A model generated the notes under the pieces. That model was not told the origin of the DNA. It saw only the letters and a list, made by a program, of their open reading frames with translations, and did not search any database. Source: Chitinophagaceae bacterium (GTDB lineage: Bacteria > Bacteroidota > Bacteroidia > Chitinophagales > Chitinophagaceae). Taken from it: 64,000 nucleotides of DNA. Below, in pieces: positions 19,999-29,119 of this stretch. Position numbers and translations under genes: made by a program. The stretch covers positions 1,575 through 65,574 of the forward strand of contig JBEPUT010000012.1 of NCBI GenBank assembly GCA_041691395.1. Direction: 5' to 3'. The number at the start of each line of letters is the position of its first letter. Within the stretch, counting starts at the first letter, position 1.

Positions 19999-20035
19999 AA
20001 AACCCTCTTTAAATCATTGATTTTCAGAGGGTTTT
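19999..20035. terminator. Hairpin immediately after tRNA-Leu (terminator or att-associated)
   Basis: AAAACCCTCT (19999-20008) pairs with AGAGGGTTTT (20026-20035), with an inner AAATCA/TGATTT stem. Confidence 0.6.
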
Positions 20036-20086
20036 GCACTTTTAACACGCTTTTTTTCAACACTTTTTTACGCTTATCCACACTAA

Positions 20087-20120
20087 AAAAGTCCCGTAAA
20101 AGTCCCACAGAAAATCCCAC
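20087..20120 (+). repeat. Three near-tandem 11-bp repeats, putative integrase arm-binding sites
   Basis: AAAAGTCCCGT 20087-20097, AAAAGTCCCAC 20098-20108 and GAAAATCCCAC 20110-20120. Confidence 0.65.
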
Positions 20121-20162
20121 ACTTTGGATTACTGTTTGTGGCATAGCCACAAACAGATATTT

Positions 20163-21257
20163 ATGACAATTGAAGAGAGACAATCTGACAATGGGAAAAA
20201 AACATATTACAGGTTTAAATGGGCGAATGGTCCAAAAGATAAAATGAGCGCTGGCGTTTTCACCTACACTAAGCCTAGGACCCAGATCGAAAAAAATCAC
20301 AACAAAGAAGCATTAACCATTCTGGAAATCAAAAGATCTCAACTCGTAATAGACAGACAATCGATAGGAACCGGATACATACCCGCGCACCGATATAAGA
20401 GCAATTTTATCGACTTCTTTGATGACTTTGTTAAAAAGAACGCCCGCGTTGGGAAACGACATCTTCATGCCAGCTTCGTGCACTTCAAAGAATTCGTAAA
20501 GAAACAATCATTACCACCGCTCGAGGTCACCGAAGAATTCTGCACGCGATTCAGAAATTATCTATTAGACAAATTCAACGGCGACACCCCAATGAACTAT
20601 TTCTCGGAATTTAAGCGCATGATAAAGGCGGCCACGAAACAGGGCTATTTCCGCAACAGTCCAGCCGAAGATGTTAAAGCCAAGACCGGCAAAAATCGAA
20701 AATTAAAAGAAAACCTCGAAGTGAAAGAGTACCTCAGCTTATTAAATACACCGTGCCTGAATGAAGAAGTAAGGGAAGCGTTCATTTTCTGCTGCTACAC
20801 AGGACTAAGGTGGATAGATGTAAACCTGTTAACCTGGAAAGATATCGGCAGGGACACCATTAAAACCAGGTTGATTCAGGCGAAGACGGGCCAACCCGTC
20901 GTTATCACGATGCATCCAATTGCCCAGGCGATTGTCGAAAAACGACATTTAAGGCTAATAGAATCCGGGTTAGAAGAACGGATCTTCAGGCTTCCCAGCG
21001 CAGACGGAGCAAATAAACTTTTAAAAAGCTGGGTAAACTCCGCATCGATCACCAAAAAGATAACCTGGAGTGTAGCCAGACTCAGCTTTTCCATACTTCT
21101 TCAGGATGAAAGCGTAGATACTGCGACGGTGGCGCTGCTACTCGGCCACAGGACAACAAAGTATGTCAACGACACCTACAAGCGTCACCGCCCCAAGGAT
21201 CAAACAGCAATAATCGCCAAATTGCCGTCACCTGAAAAGACACCCGACGTGGCCTGA
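20163..21257 (+). CDS. Tyrosine integrase
   Basis: FIFCCYTGLRW (Arg I), QAKTG (Lys), WSVARLSF (variant HxxR), LGH and a downstream Tyr. Start at ATG 20163. Confidence 0.92.
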   Translation: MTIEERQSDNGKKTYYRFKWANGPKDKMSAGVFTYTKPRTQIEKNHNKEALTILEIKRSQLVIDRQSIGTGYIPAHRYKSNFIDFFDDFVKKNARVGKRHLHASFVHFKEFVKKQSLPPLEVTEEFCTRFRNYLLDKFNGDTPMNYFSEFKRMIKAATKQGYFRNSPAEDVKAKTGKNRKLKENLEVKEYLSLLNTPCLNEEVREAFIFCCYTGLRWIDVNLLTWKDIGRDTIKTRLIQAKTGQPVVITMHPIAQAIVEKRHLRLIESGLEERIFRLPSADGANKLLKSWVNSASITKKITWSVARLSFSILLQDESVDTATVALLLGHRTTKYVNDTYKRHRPKDQTAIIAKLPSPEKTPDVA

Positions 21258-21262
21258 ATATT

Positions 21263-21499
21263 TTACTTTAACTTTTTAACAGCCTTTAACAACAGGGATT
21301 CGCTACCGTCCATCATCAAATCCAATTCAGCGCGCTTAAAATACCCGCTTTCATTCTTGTATACACCAAAGGCATCACATTTCTTGGACAACTGAGTTCT
21401 GCCCAGGTTACAATAAATCATCGCCTCCTCAGGCTTAAGGAAAGGTTTATGGCAAATAGCCACAGCCTTCATTACCGCAATATCCGACCTCCTCATCAT
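21263..21499 (-). CDS. Excisionase-like helix-turn-helix protein
   Basis: Small basic protein, KPFLKPEEAMIYCNLGRTQL...YFKRAELD, convergent with the integrase. Confidence 0.6.
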   Translation of the reverse strand: MMRRSDIAVMKAVAICHKPFLKPEEAMIYCNLGRTQLSKKCDAFGVYKNESGYFKRAELDLMMDGSESLLLKAVKKLK

Positions 21500-21537
21500 A
21501 TCACCCCCTTTTTTAAATTAACGTTCAAACTCAATTT

Positions 21538-23502
21538 TTACCTTGGTGCCTTCATGGACAAGCGTTGGATTTCAGCATCGATCAATTCAGATATATCGGC
21601 CTTAATTCTAAAATAATTGTCCGTGATTTTACCAGGATCAATAGCTTTCCCCTGCGGCATTTGGTGCGATCTTCCTCTTTTCTCCTTCATGGAACCATGC
21701 CCCAAATCAATCTCACAATGAAAGCATTTAAGCTTTATCTTTTGATTGGGGTCGTCCGCAACCATCCCGACAAATTCACCAGAAGAAAGGGAAGCAATTT
21801 TGGATTGGGGTATCGCAAAATCCATCTGTGTCGACCTGCTGACAGAAGTATCCGTTCGGTTGATGGTCATACTGTTTTTAAGTTGGCTAATCTTGCCAAA
21901 CCGGTCAGCCAACACTTTAGCAGTCTCCCCCATGACCTGACCGGAAATGATATTTCCCGTAATATTCATAATGACAGACGCCTGGTCGCTTCCATAATCC
22001 TTTTTCAGCTGACTAAAATCCTGCATTCCGAGGCAGGCTGCGACCTTATTGGATCTGGCAGTGGCAATTAAATTATCAATCCCATTCAGAAATATCGTCG
22101 GAAACTCATCAAAGACGAGGCTGCATTTATGCTTGTTTTTTTGATTGACCATTTTGACAAGCCGGTTAACATAGAGCGAAAGGACCGGCCCGAAGGTCTG
22201 TTGCTTTTGCGGGTTATTAGCTAAACACAGCACTTTGGGTGATTCGGGGTTGTTAATGTCCAGGGTGAAATCGTTGCCCGATAAAACCCAATACAACTGA
22301 GGTGAAGAAAGCCTTGCCATACCAATTTTCGCGCTGGCGATCTGGCCTTCCAACTGTTCCATGGCGTCATTCTGGTAAGCTGAGATAAAAGGGTTGATCA
22401 TCACCTCAATTTCCGGTTCAGTTTTCAGCACTGGAAAGAGGTTTTCATAATCCACCTGCATTAATTCAATAACATGCGGAAGCGTACAAAACTTGCCATT
22501 CATGTATTTCCGAAGAAACCAAATTACAGCAGTCACAAAGTTGATCGGTGACTCGACAAAAAAATCGCCTTGTTTTGTAATCCATTCCCGATTTAACCCT
22601 AGTAGAATTGATCTGGAGGATTCAATGGCATCCGTTATATCAATCATACTCGCAGGATCAAGGGGGTTGCATCTGTCGCTCTGTGAGGGGTCATCCAGGT
22701 TTATCCGACAAAATATCGGCGCGACAAGGAAAGAAGTCGCATCTCGTTGCAATGCATTAAAGGCTATCCCGGACAAATCCGGATATTTAAAATCATAAAC
22801 CAACATAGTAAACCCCTTAGCGATATGCTGTTTTATCAACCTTTGAATTACAAAATAGGACTTACCCGAACCAGGAGAACCAATGACCAGCAAACCTCGA
22901 AAGGGATTGATGATATTAATCCAGCTCCTCCGAACTTTTCCTTTAAGACTATATAGTGCAGGCAGATTAACAGAATAGGCATTGGTCAGCAACCGTTCTT
23001 CCTGAGGAAATGTTTCATTCAGTTCATTAAAAACGTCCAGTCCAAGTTCTATCCTAACCAGGCGCGATAATCTTGATCCCCCAGCAAGGACGAGAAGATA
23101 ACCAAGCGTAGTCAGGCTGATATATGTAATGCAAAGGGATTGCTCGCTGGCATCAATATCTAGGCATAGGCCAGCCGAAAAGTAGGTAACTAATCCGGCA
23201 CCCAGAAGCCAAACAATAGACCGCCTCCTGGTTTTCCCGTCCTTCCGCCCCTGACCACCGATTAGAGAAACGATTAACAAACCCAAAGAAAGAAGCTTCG
23301 CATGGTTACGCTCAAATAGCCCGGTCCGTGCAATATTCCACAAGAATCGATTTGTAATGGGGTTTGTAAATCCCCAATCCGCAAACGCATCATAACAGAA
23401 ATAATAGAAATGGAGAAGCAATAAAACTATACTGCCCATCCTTGTAAATTCGAGGACTTTTTCCAGCCCCACAGCATTTTCTCCTGTCCCACTTGCCATC
23501 AC
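21538..23502 (-). CDS. mobC: Type IV coupling protein, Bacteroidota MobC (YWFCY domain plus TraG/VirD4 ATPase)
   Basis: FYYFCY motif, Walker A GSPGSGKS, Walker B LVFDEFPT and ARSNKVA. Confidence 0.92.
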   Translation of the reverse strand: MMASGTGENAVGLEKVLEFTRMGSIVLLLLHFYYFCYDAFADWGFTNPITNRFLWNIARTGLFERNHAKLLSLGLLIVSLIGGQGRKDGKTRRRSIVWLLGAGLVTYFSAGLCLDIDASEQSLCITYISLTTLGYLLVLAGGSRLSRLVRIELGLDVFNELNETFPQEERLLTNAYSVNLPALYSLKGKVRRSWINIINPFRGLLVIGSPGSGKSYFVIQRLIKQHIAKGFTMLVYDFKYPDLSGIAFNALQRDATSFLVAPIFCRINLDDPSQSDRCNPLDPASMIDITDAIESSRSILLGLNREWITKQGDFFVESPINFVTAVIWFLRKYMNGKFCTLPHVIELMQVDYENLFPVLKTEPEIEVMINPFISAYQNDAMEQLEGQIASAKIGMARLSSPQLYWVLSGNDFTLDINNPESPKVLCLANNPQKQQTFGPVLSLYVNRLVKMVNQKNKHKCSLVFDEFPTIFLNGIDNLIATARSNKVAACLGMQDFSQLKKDYGSDQASVIMNITGNIISGQVMGETAKVLADRFGKISQLKNSMTINRTDTSVSRSTQMDFAIPQSKIASLSSGEFVGMVADDPNQKIKLKCFHCEIDLGHGSMKEKRGRSHQMPQGKAIDPGKITDNYFRIKADISELIDAEIQRLSMKAPR

Positions 23503-23514
23503 ACCTCATTTTAA

Positions 23515-24798
23515 TTATCTATTCAATTTTCGCTTCTTCTTCTTCCTTTTTGCCTTTAGCGCGTGCGGCGGAAGCGCATTCATTCCCTCATTCTTCAACA
23601 ATTGTTCAACCAACGAAGCGGCGAAGATTTTCTTCTCCAGTATATTTCCGGGTAGCGTGCGATCCTTGACGTTTACCAGCTGTTTAGGCCGCTCCCACCG
23701 CTGGCAATCGTTGGCAGATTCGCGCGCTTTTACCATTTCATTTAAAACCGCTAGCTTGCTTACCAAACTTCCTATGCTATATTGTTTACCCAACTCACTT
23801 CCATTAAACACTGCCTTAGTCCGGTGATCGACAAACGTCACTCCGTAAGGCAGACCGTTGACATTTCGCCGGATGATCGTCGAGATTTCTTTTGCCGACA
23901 ATCCCTCAATCAGTTGGTCTATCGTTATCTTACCCAAATTCAACTCTTCATCAATCGCCGCTTTCAATGCCAAGCGGTTGGGAAGGCGTTTGCTGACATT
24001 TTTCCGAAATTTACTCTCCAGATTCCGCAGCGTGGGTTGACTATAAATGGAACTGGCTTTAATCGGTACACCCATTTTATTGCCGTGTGAATCAATAATA
24101 TGGTAAACCAGTCCACCATGCGAATGAATTCTCCCGCCCATACGACCAGCGTCGGCCATAATGTTGTAACTATTCAAAACGGCATTGAAGGAGGGCAGCG
24201 ACGTGTATTTATATTGTTCCATCACTTGATCGAGCACGTTAGTAATGGACCTTTTCGTTTCGGACTTGCCGTATTGGATGGAGTCCGGAATCAGCAAATC
24301 GGGCTGCAATATACTCTTCGAAGCGCCCGACCCAGCCCTCATTAAACCAAATTCGATCTCGATTTCCTTTCTGGCAAACTCAGATTGGTTTCTTCCGATG
24401 TTAAAAGTATCGATTCGACTTCCGTCCGAGGTTATGGTCGTCGTGACAATATGGATATGGGGGTGGGCGGCATCTGTGTGTCGGTACACCAGAAACGGCT
24501 GGAGGCCAAATCCGATTTTTTCCATGTATCGGCCTGCAATTACAGAAAGCGTGTTTTCATCTAATTTTTCGGAAGGATCAAAATTCAGGGAGATATGGAG
24601 GACATTGCTTTTTTTCGACCGGTCGTTTAGGGAAATTAGGTTCTGAAATCTGCTCAGTTTATCGTAGAAATTAAGGTCGGCCAAATCCTGCAGATAATTT
24701 CCAGCAGCTATACAATACGCGTTGCCATTTAATACCTTCTGTTCATTGTAATTCAGTGCGCGCTTGATGCTATGCGGGCTCGTTATTTTTGCAACCAT
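23515..24798 (-). CDS. mobB: MOBP-type relaxase (Bacteroidota MobB)
   Basis: Motif I YNEQKV, motif II HISLNFDPSE and HUH motif HTDAAHPHIHIVT. Confidence 0.92.
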   Translation of the reverse strand: MVAKITSPHSIKRALNYNEQKVLNGNAYCIAAGNYLQDLADLNFYDKLSRFQNLISLNDRSKKSNVLHISLNFDPSEKLDENTLSVIAGRYMEKIGFGLQPFLVYRHTDAAHPHIHIVTTTITSDGSRIDTFNIGRNQSEFARKEIEIEFGLMRAGSGASKSILQPDLLIPDSIQYGKSETKRSITNVLDQVMEQYKYTSLPSFNAVLNSYNIMADAGRMGGRIHSHGGLVYHIIDSHGNKMGVPIKASSIYSQPTLRNLESKFRKNVSKRLPNRLALKAAIDEELNLGKITIDQLIEGLSAKEISTIIRRNVNGLPYGVTFVDHRTKAVFNGSELGKQYSIGSLVSKLAVLNEMVKARESANDCQRWERPKQLVNVKDRTLPGNILEKKIFAASLVEQLLKNEGMNALPPHALKAKRKKKKRKLNR

Positions 24799-25184
24799 AA
24801 TTGATGGATTTGATTCATGCGATACTTGATTTCATCAACTTTATTCAAGAAAGACCGGTGCGTCGACTCATAGAGAAAAACCCAGGATCTCATTTGGGGT
24901 ACGGTATCCAGTGTGTGCAAGCGTTTTACCGCCTGATTGAAATTGTTACCGATAGCTGACAACTCGTTCTTTAGCAGTAGCATTTCCGCTAGGAATGCAT
25001 CAGCTGATTCGTTCCGGTATTTGACGGTCACTGGGTGAGCCAACATCATTTTCCGTGCATATTCACTGAGATTTCTGCAGGTTGTATGCTGAAACTTCGT
25101 ATAGATCTCCTTATACTCCTCCGGCTTGACCCGAAAGTTTATCCACTCTTTAGCACTGTCACTTTTTTCATTCATTGGCCTCAA
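24783..25184 (-). CDS. Relaxosome accessory ribbon-helix-helix protein (MobA/MobC type)
   Basis: INFRVKPEEY, LSEYARKM and ELSAIGNNFNQAVKRLH. Overlaps the relaxase start. Confidence 0.88.
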   Translation of the reverse strand: MRPMNEKSDSAKEWINFRVKPEEYKEIYTKFQHTTCRNLSEYARKMMLAHPVTVKYRNESADAFLAEMLLLKNELSAIGNNFNQAVKRLHTLDTVPQMRSWVFLYESTHRSFLNKVDEIKYRMNQIHQLWLQK

Positions 25185-25265
25185 CTTTCAAAATTCTTAA
25201 TCAAACCCCGATGACTGCCAGTCAGAACGCCCGTCGACTCCGGAGACAACCAGGGCGCCGAGAAC

Positions 25266-25310
25266 CAATTGTGCAACAATTGAACATCTCGCCCGTTGCA
25301 AATCCGGCAA
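25266..25310 (+). other. Candidate oriT with MOBP-type nic site
   Basis: Inverted repeat CAATTG-TGCAA-CAATTG (25266-25282) followed by ACATCTCG^CCCG. This resembles RP4 CTATCCTG^CCCG and lies upstream of the relaxosome genes. Confidence 0.65.
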
Positions 25311-25504
25311 CGTCACCCCCTTCAGGTTTTTCTGTGGGCCCGTCTGAAGTCTTCAAAATTAGACATGACAGTATAGGGAACGAACAGCTGATCAAAATCT
25401 AACCAGCTGGTATTAAGCCTGGAAAGGCCGAAAATAGATTGGAGTTTTTTTAGCCATTAAAGACAGGGATATGAAATTGTTTCTATGGCATAAAAGAAAG
25501 GGGG

Positions 25505-25984
25505 TTACATGAGCCCCTGATCAGCGAAAGAGAAAAACCCCTCGTCATTGAGGATTAGGTGGTCCAACACCTTAATGTCGTGAAGACCAGCAGCCAGTCC
25601 AATTTTCCGGGTGAGATCTTCATCCGAACGGCTTGGTTTCAAATTGCCGGAAGGATGATTGTGAGCAAGGATGAGGCTACAAGCAAGCACCTCCAAGGCA
25701 GCTGCCAGGATAATCCTTGGATCGGCAACCGTACCGGTGACTCCCCCGGTCGAAACCTCAAAAAGCCCTATCACCTTGTTTGCCTGGTTTAAAAACAAGA
25801 CCTTAAATTCTTCGACGAGTCCAATCCTACCCTCATCCCAAAGCGTTCTGAATATGTTGTGTGAATCTTCGGAACACCTAATCAGAATTCGCTCTGAAGC
25901 TTTCACCTGGGAAATATATACCAACTTAACTTTTGCTACCTGATTCAGGATCAAAGCTCTCATTTCATTTTCCATAACATCCAT
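25505..25984 (-). CDS. radC: RadC-like JAB domain protein
   Basis: EEFKVLFLN, GGVTGTVADPR, LAHNHPSGNLKPSRSD and VLDHLIL motifs. Confidence 0.93.
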   Translation of the reverse strand: MDVMENEMRALILNQVAKVKLVYISQVKASERILIRCSEDSHNIFRTLWDEGRIGLVEEFKVLFLNQANKVIGLFEVSTGGVTGTVADPRIILAAALEVLACSLILAHNHPSGNLKPSRSDEDLTRKIGLAAGLHDIKVLDHLILNDEGFFSFADQGLM

Positions 25985-26019
25985 TTAAATAAGTTAAATA
26001 ATTAATTATGGAACCGTTA

Positions 26020-26127
26020 TCGGCTTGACGACGAGTAAGACCAAACAGGAAGGCGAAATAAATAATGGCCTGCGCGTGGGAACTGTGTTTGTTTCGCCGG
26101 TTTGGGCGCCCGACGCGTCAAAGCCGA
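26020..26127 (+). promoter_or_regulatory. Long interrupted stem-loop upstream of radC (candidate ssDNA promoter)
   Basis: Nested stems 26020-26030/26116-26127, 26041-26046/26100-26105 and 26052-26064/26086-26098. The last is 13 bp with two G-T wobbles on the + strand. Confidence 0.5.
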
Positions 26128-26206
26128 ACTTTGTAAAATAATTGATATGCACAACGCAGTTTTCAGTTTTTCCAGTAGCTCGATTTACGACCGGCTTGCC
26201 AAAACC

Positions 26207-26232
26207 AAGCTGCCGTCCGGGGACGGCAGCTT
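26207..26232 (-). terminator. Terminator-like hairpin after the ParB-like gene
   Basis: Perfect 12-bp stem AAGCTGCCGTCC/GGACGGCAGCTT. Confidence 0.65.
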
Positions 26233-26246
26233 TCGGGAGACGATCT

Positions 26247-28046
26247 CTAACCTTCAGGATTGAGCTTATCCATGCGATTTCTCAGATTGTTCAATCTGTC
26301 TTCCAGGACGGCTTCCCGTTTTTCGGTTTTTTCCCGCTGGCTGATTTCGATGGACTGAATATCAGTACCCGCCATTTCGCCTATCTTGTAAAGAAAATAA
26401 CCGGCTTCCGTCCTCGGAGACTTGCTGTCGGTATTTGATACTATCGCAGCCCTGACAAGATATCCAAACTGACTATTGGAGAGTTCCTGTAACCCCAAGT
26501 ATAGGCTCTCTGCATTTTTGTGATCAAATTTGTCATTTTGCATCCACAACTTTTGAAGCACTTCATTTCTGCTCGAATAATCCAGAGACTGAAAAATGAT
26601 AAGCCGGGCCGCTGCCCAGTCTGCGACGGTAGGTTCAGAAGTCATTGAAGACATTTCCGTTTGAAATTTCTCATGCACGCTTATTTGAACCTTCTCCCTG
26701 TCCAACTCCTTCAACCTTTTCTCCCGGTCAGACAGCCGAGCTATTTCCGCCCGCAGCAGATCAGGCGTTGCGGTTCCAGCTTTGAGCGCTGACTGCACTT
26801 CTTTTGCGGTCACTTTTGGCAGCAGGTTTTCGGACTGCGCAGGCCGCGGAATAAAGAAAACCACCTTACATTCAGAATCTGAGAAATGAAGTCCTTTCAG
26901 TACCTCGCCCTGAAGTACCGCAGACTTATACCGATCCGTTTCCGAAATATATTCCTCCATCGCCTGATTGTAACCACCCTCGTCAAATTCCGGTTCGGCT
27001 TCTTCATCTTCGCCTTCTATCATAAAATCATCCTTTTCTGGTATTTCGGGATCTGAACAAATGGACATTTTGCACCGGTCATATTTTGGTAAATCGTTGG
27101 CCCCGGCGATGACTTTGCACGCGAGTTCCAGCATTTCCGGAATATCCCAGCTATACAGTAAGGCGTTCGGTTTCTCGGTTTCAAAAATTCTGGCCAATTT
27201 TATTGCATGATGAGCATTGCATTTTCTTTCAAAACATTCCCCATTAGTACAAACGGCCTCTTTTGCTTCGTCCGGAAAAAGCGTTTTCATCGTAGCAGTG
27301 TTAAACGGGCATTTGGAGCAGGCTCCGACCTCCGGCAATAACTGTTTATCTTTTCTGTCAAATGGGGCTGAGTTTAAACCGTACTTAAATTGAGAAAGCA
27401 CATACTTTAGATTTCCGACTTGGAAATGCTTTTCTTTTTGCCAATTGGCGCAGTACTGACTGAAAAATGCCTGCTGTGCGGATGTGGATAAAACACATAT
27501 TTGCAAGGCTTCGGTTAGGTTAAAACTGTCAGACAGAAAAATTTCCTGAATCTCCGGAATCAGGGAGGCGAGTTTAATGCGTGCGTAAACAAAGGTTTTG
27601 GATTTTCCCAGCCGCGCGGCGATTTCATCGACGGTTTTCCGGTTTTGCTGCATGTATCCTATGGCCAGCGCCTCATGAATTGGGTGTACATCCTCTCCAT
27701 GAAGATTTTCAACCAATTGAATTTCGCGGACTTCGTCGTCATTCAGGTCTTTGATCGTCACCGGGACTTTTAAAAGGCTCACCATGGCCGCAGCCCGTAA
27801 CCGCCTTTCTCCGGTAACCAGTTCAAAACGACCGGAAGGCATTGGGCGAACCGTCAGGTTTTCAATGATACCGAACAAAACAATGCTGTCAGCCAATTCC
27901 TCAATGCCTATTTCCGAGTAGTGCTTCCGGTAATTCAGGGGGCTGAAATCAATTTCCGAAACGGATAACAATTCATACCTGCCTTCCGGCTGCGTAACCG
28001 AAATAGGAGGTTTTGATATGGGTTTATTCTTGATTTTTGAAGTCAT
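26247..28046 (-). CDS. ParB/RepB/Spo0J-family protein with a long C-terminal extension (ICE type)
   Basis: NYRKHY..ELADSI..GII..LTVRP..FELVTGERRLRA, then LVENL, then an HTH (IAARLGKS). 599 aa. Confidence 0.88.
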   Translation of the reverse strand: MTSKIKNKPISKPPISVTQPEGRYELLSVSEIDFSPLNYRKHYSEIGIEELADSIVLFGIIENLTVRPMPSGRFELVTGERRLRAAAMVSLLKVPVTIKDLNDDEVREIQLVENLHGEDVHPIHEALAIGYMQQNRKTVDEIAARLGKSKTFVYARIKLASLIPEIQEIFLSDSFNLTEALQICVLSTSAQQAFFSQYCANWQKEKHFQVGNLKYVLSQFKYGLNSAPFDRKDKQLLPEVGACSKCPFNTATMKTLFPDEAKEAVCTNGECFERKCNAHHAIKLARIFETEKPNALLYSWDIPEMLELACKVIAGANDLPKYDRCKMSICSDPEIPEKDDFMIEGEDEEAEPEFDEGGYNQAMEEYISETDRYKSAVLQGEVLKGLHFSDSECKVVFFIPRPAQSENLLPKVTAKEVQSALKAGTATPDLLRAEIARLSDREKRLKELDREKVQISVHEKFQTEMSSMTSEPTVADWAAARLIIFQSLDYSSRNEVLQKLWMQNDKFDHKNAESLYLGLQELSNSQFGYLVRAAIVSNTDSKSPRTEAGYFLYKIGEMAGTDIQSIEISQREKTEKREAVLEDRLNNLRNRMDKLNPEG

Positions 28047-28063
28047 AATTTGTTTTTTGGAGA

Positions 28064-28312
28064 TTAATAGATATTTTTTGAAATGAGGTCTTTTAATTTA
28101 CACTTGACCTCTTTGGCGACCTCGCCGCGCCATGTGGAGGCATTGGAAAGAAAATAGAGCAATATCACTTTCGCCGAATCCTCGCCGTAGCGGTCGTTAA
28201 TTGTTTGCAGTGAATACATGGCCTCCAGGTAAGGCACAGCGCCAAAATATATTTTCGGCCAGTTGGCGTAAATTATCGGCGCGATTTCTGATATCTTGTC
28301 AGGGATTTCCAT
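28064..28312 (-). CDS. Small conserved hypothetical protein of the phage/ICE type
   Basis: W..YFGAVPYL.AM..L..I.D.YG.DSA..I.LYFL.NA.TWRGE.A motif, recalled from mobile-element proteins. Function unknown. Confidence 0.7.
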   Translation of the reverse strand: MEIPDKISEIAPIIYANWPKIYFGAVPYLEAMYSLQTINDRYGEDSAKVILLYFLSNASTWRGEVAKEVKCKLKDLISKNIY

Positions 28313-28358
28313 AACATCAAGTTTAAAATAGGGGGTGGCAGTCCCCCCATGGATGGAT

Positions 28359-28760
28359 TTAAAATGGAAGGTCTTCGGCAGTTATCTGAGTTGCGGCTTT
28401 CGTCAAAAGTGCCTCGGATTCGTCGGCGGGCTCACTTGTTCCGTTTGCCTTTGGCCGGTCACCCAGTTTGACATTATTGACATGGAAAGTCAGATTGGCC
28501 CTGGCCTCACCGGCTCCATTGGTATATGCATTCACGCCAATGGTTCCGAAAAGTTCCACCTGACGGCCTTTGGTCAGGTAAGGCGCAACGCCGATTGCCT
28601 GCCAGTAAGAACAGTTTACGAAGATTGTTTGCTGTTTTACTTCCTGTGATTCTTTCGATTTATAACTATTATTGATCGCAATACTGAATTGTACGACTTT
28701 GCGTCCATCGGGTAATTCCTTTACTATTGCATCTGCTGTTAAACGTCCAACGAGTTCCAT
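28359..28760 (-). CDS. ssb: Single-stranded DNA-binding protein with acidic DLPF tail
   Basis: LVGRLTADA OB-fold start, YLTKGRQV and C-terminal EDLPF. Confidence 0.9.
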   Translation of the reverse strand: MELVGRLTADAIVKELPDGRKVVQFSIAINNSYKSKESQEVKQQTIFVNCSYWQAIGVAPYLTKGRQVELFGTIGVNAYTNGAGEARANLTFHVNNVKLGDRPKANGTSEPADESEALLTKAATQITAEDLPF

Positions 28761-28900
28761 AAAATGATAATTTAAAATTTGACTAATTGATTGAAAAATG
28801 AAAATCTGAAGACTGCGCAGGGGGAGACCGGGAAGAAGTTGTCATGTTGAAATTTTGATGATCGAAAAAAACAGGTTTGAAAAAGAAAAAAGGGAAAAAA

Positions 28901-29037
28901 AGAAAGCAAACCCTAAGCTGCCAGGGCTTGGGCAGACACCAAAAGGAAACGGAATAAAGTCCGCAAAGCGGTGCCTGAAAGGCATTTGTGCCGTAGTCTT
29001 TTGGTTTGTGAAACGGCAGGCAGCTAAATTGCTTTCT
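28901..29037. promoter_or_regulatory. Multi-branched stem-loop upstream of ssb (candidate ssDNA promoter or structured RNA)
   Basis: Nested perfect stems 28901-28909/29029-29037 (9 bp), 28916-28922/29019-29025 (7 bp) and 28938-28945/28998-29005 (8 bp). Inner hairpins CCGC-AAA-GCGG and TGCC-TGAAA-GGCA. Confidence 0.55.
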
Positions 29038-29119
29038 CTTTTGCCACCCGTTTTCGGTTCAAGCCTGAATATTGCCCGTAGTTAGGTCTGTTCCACTGAG
29101 ATAATTTTTTTGACCTGCA

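Noticed and set aside
1009-20000. 10-bp match GGGCACCGAA at 1009-1018 and 19991-20000 (tRNA-Leu 3' end), suggesting attL/attR around 1-20 kb
   Set aside because: It would bracket rpsA and other core genes. The left copy is the third unit of the local 12-bp repeat array. A 10-mer match is plausible by chance.
25505-28046. PRTRC (ParB-ThiF) system
   Set aside because: Only a ParB-like gene and a RadC-type JAB gene are present. No ThiF, E2 or ubiquitin-like partners were seen.
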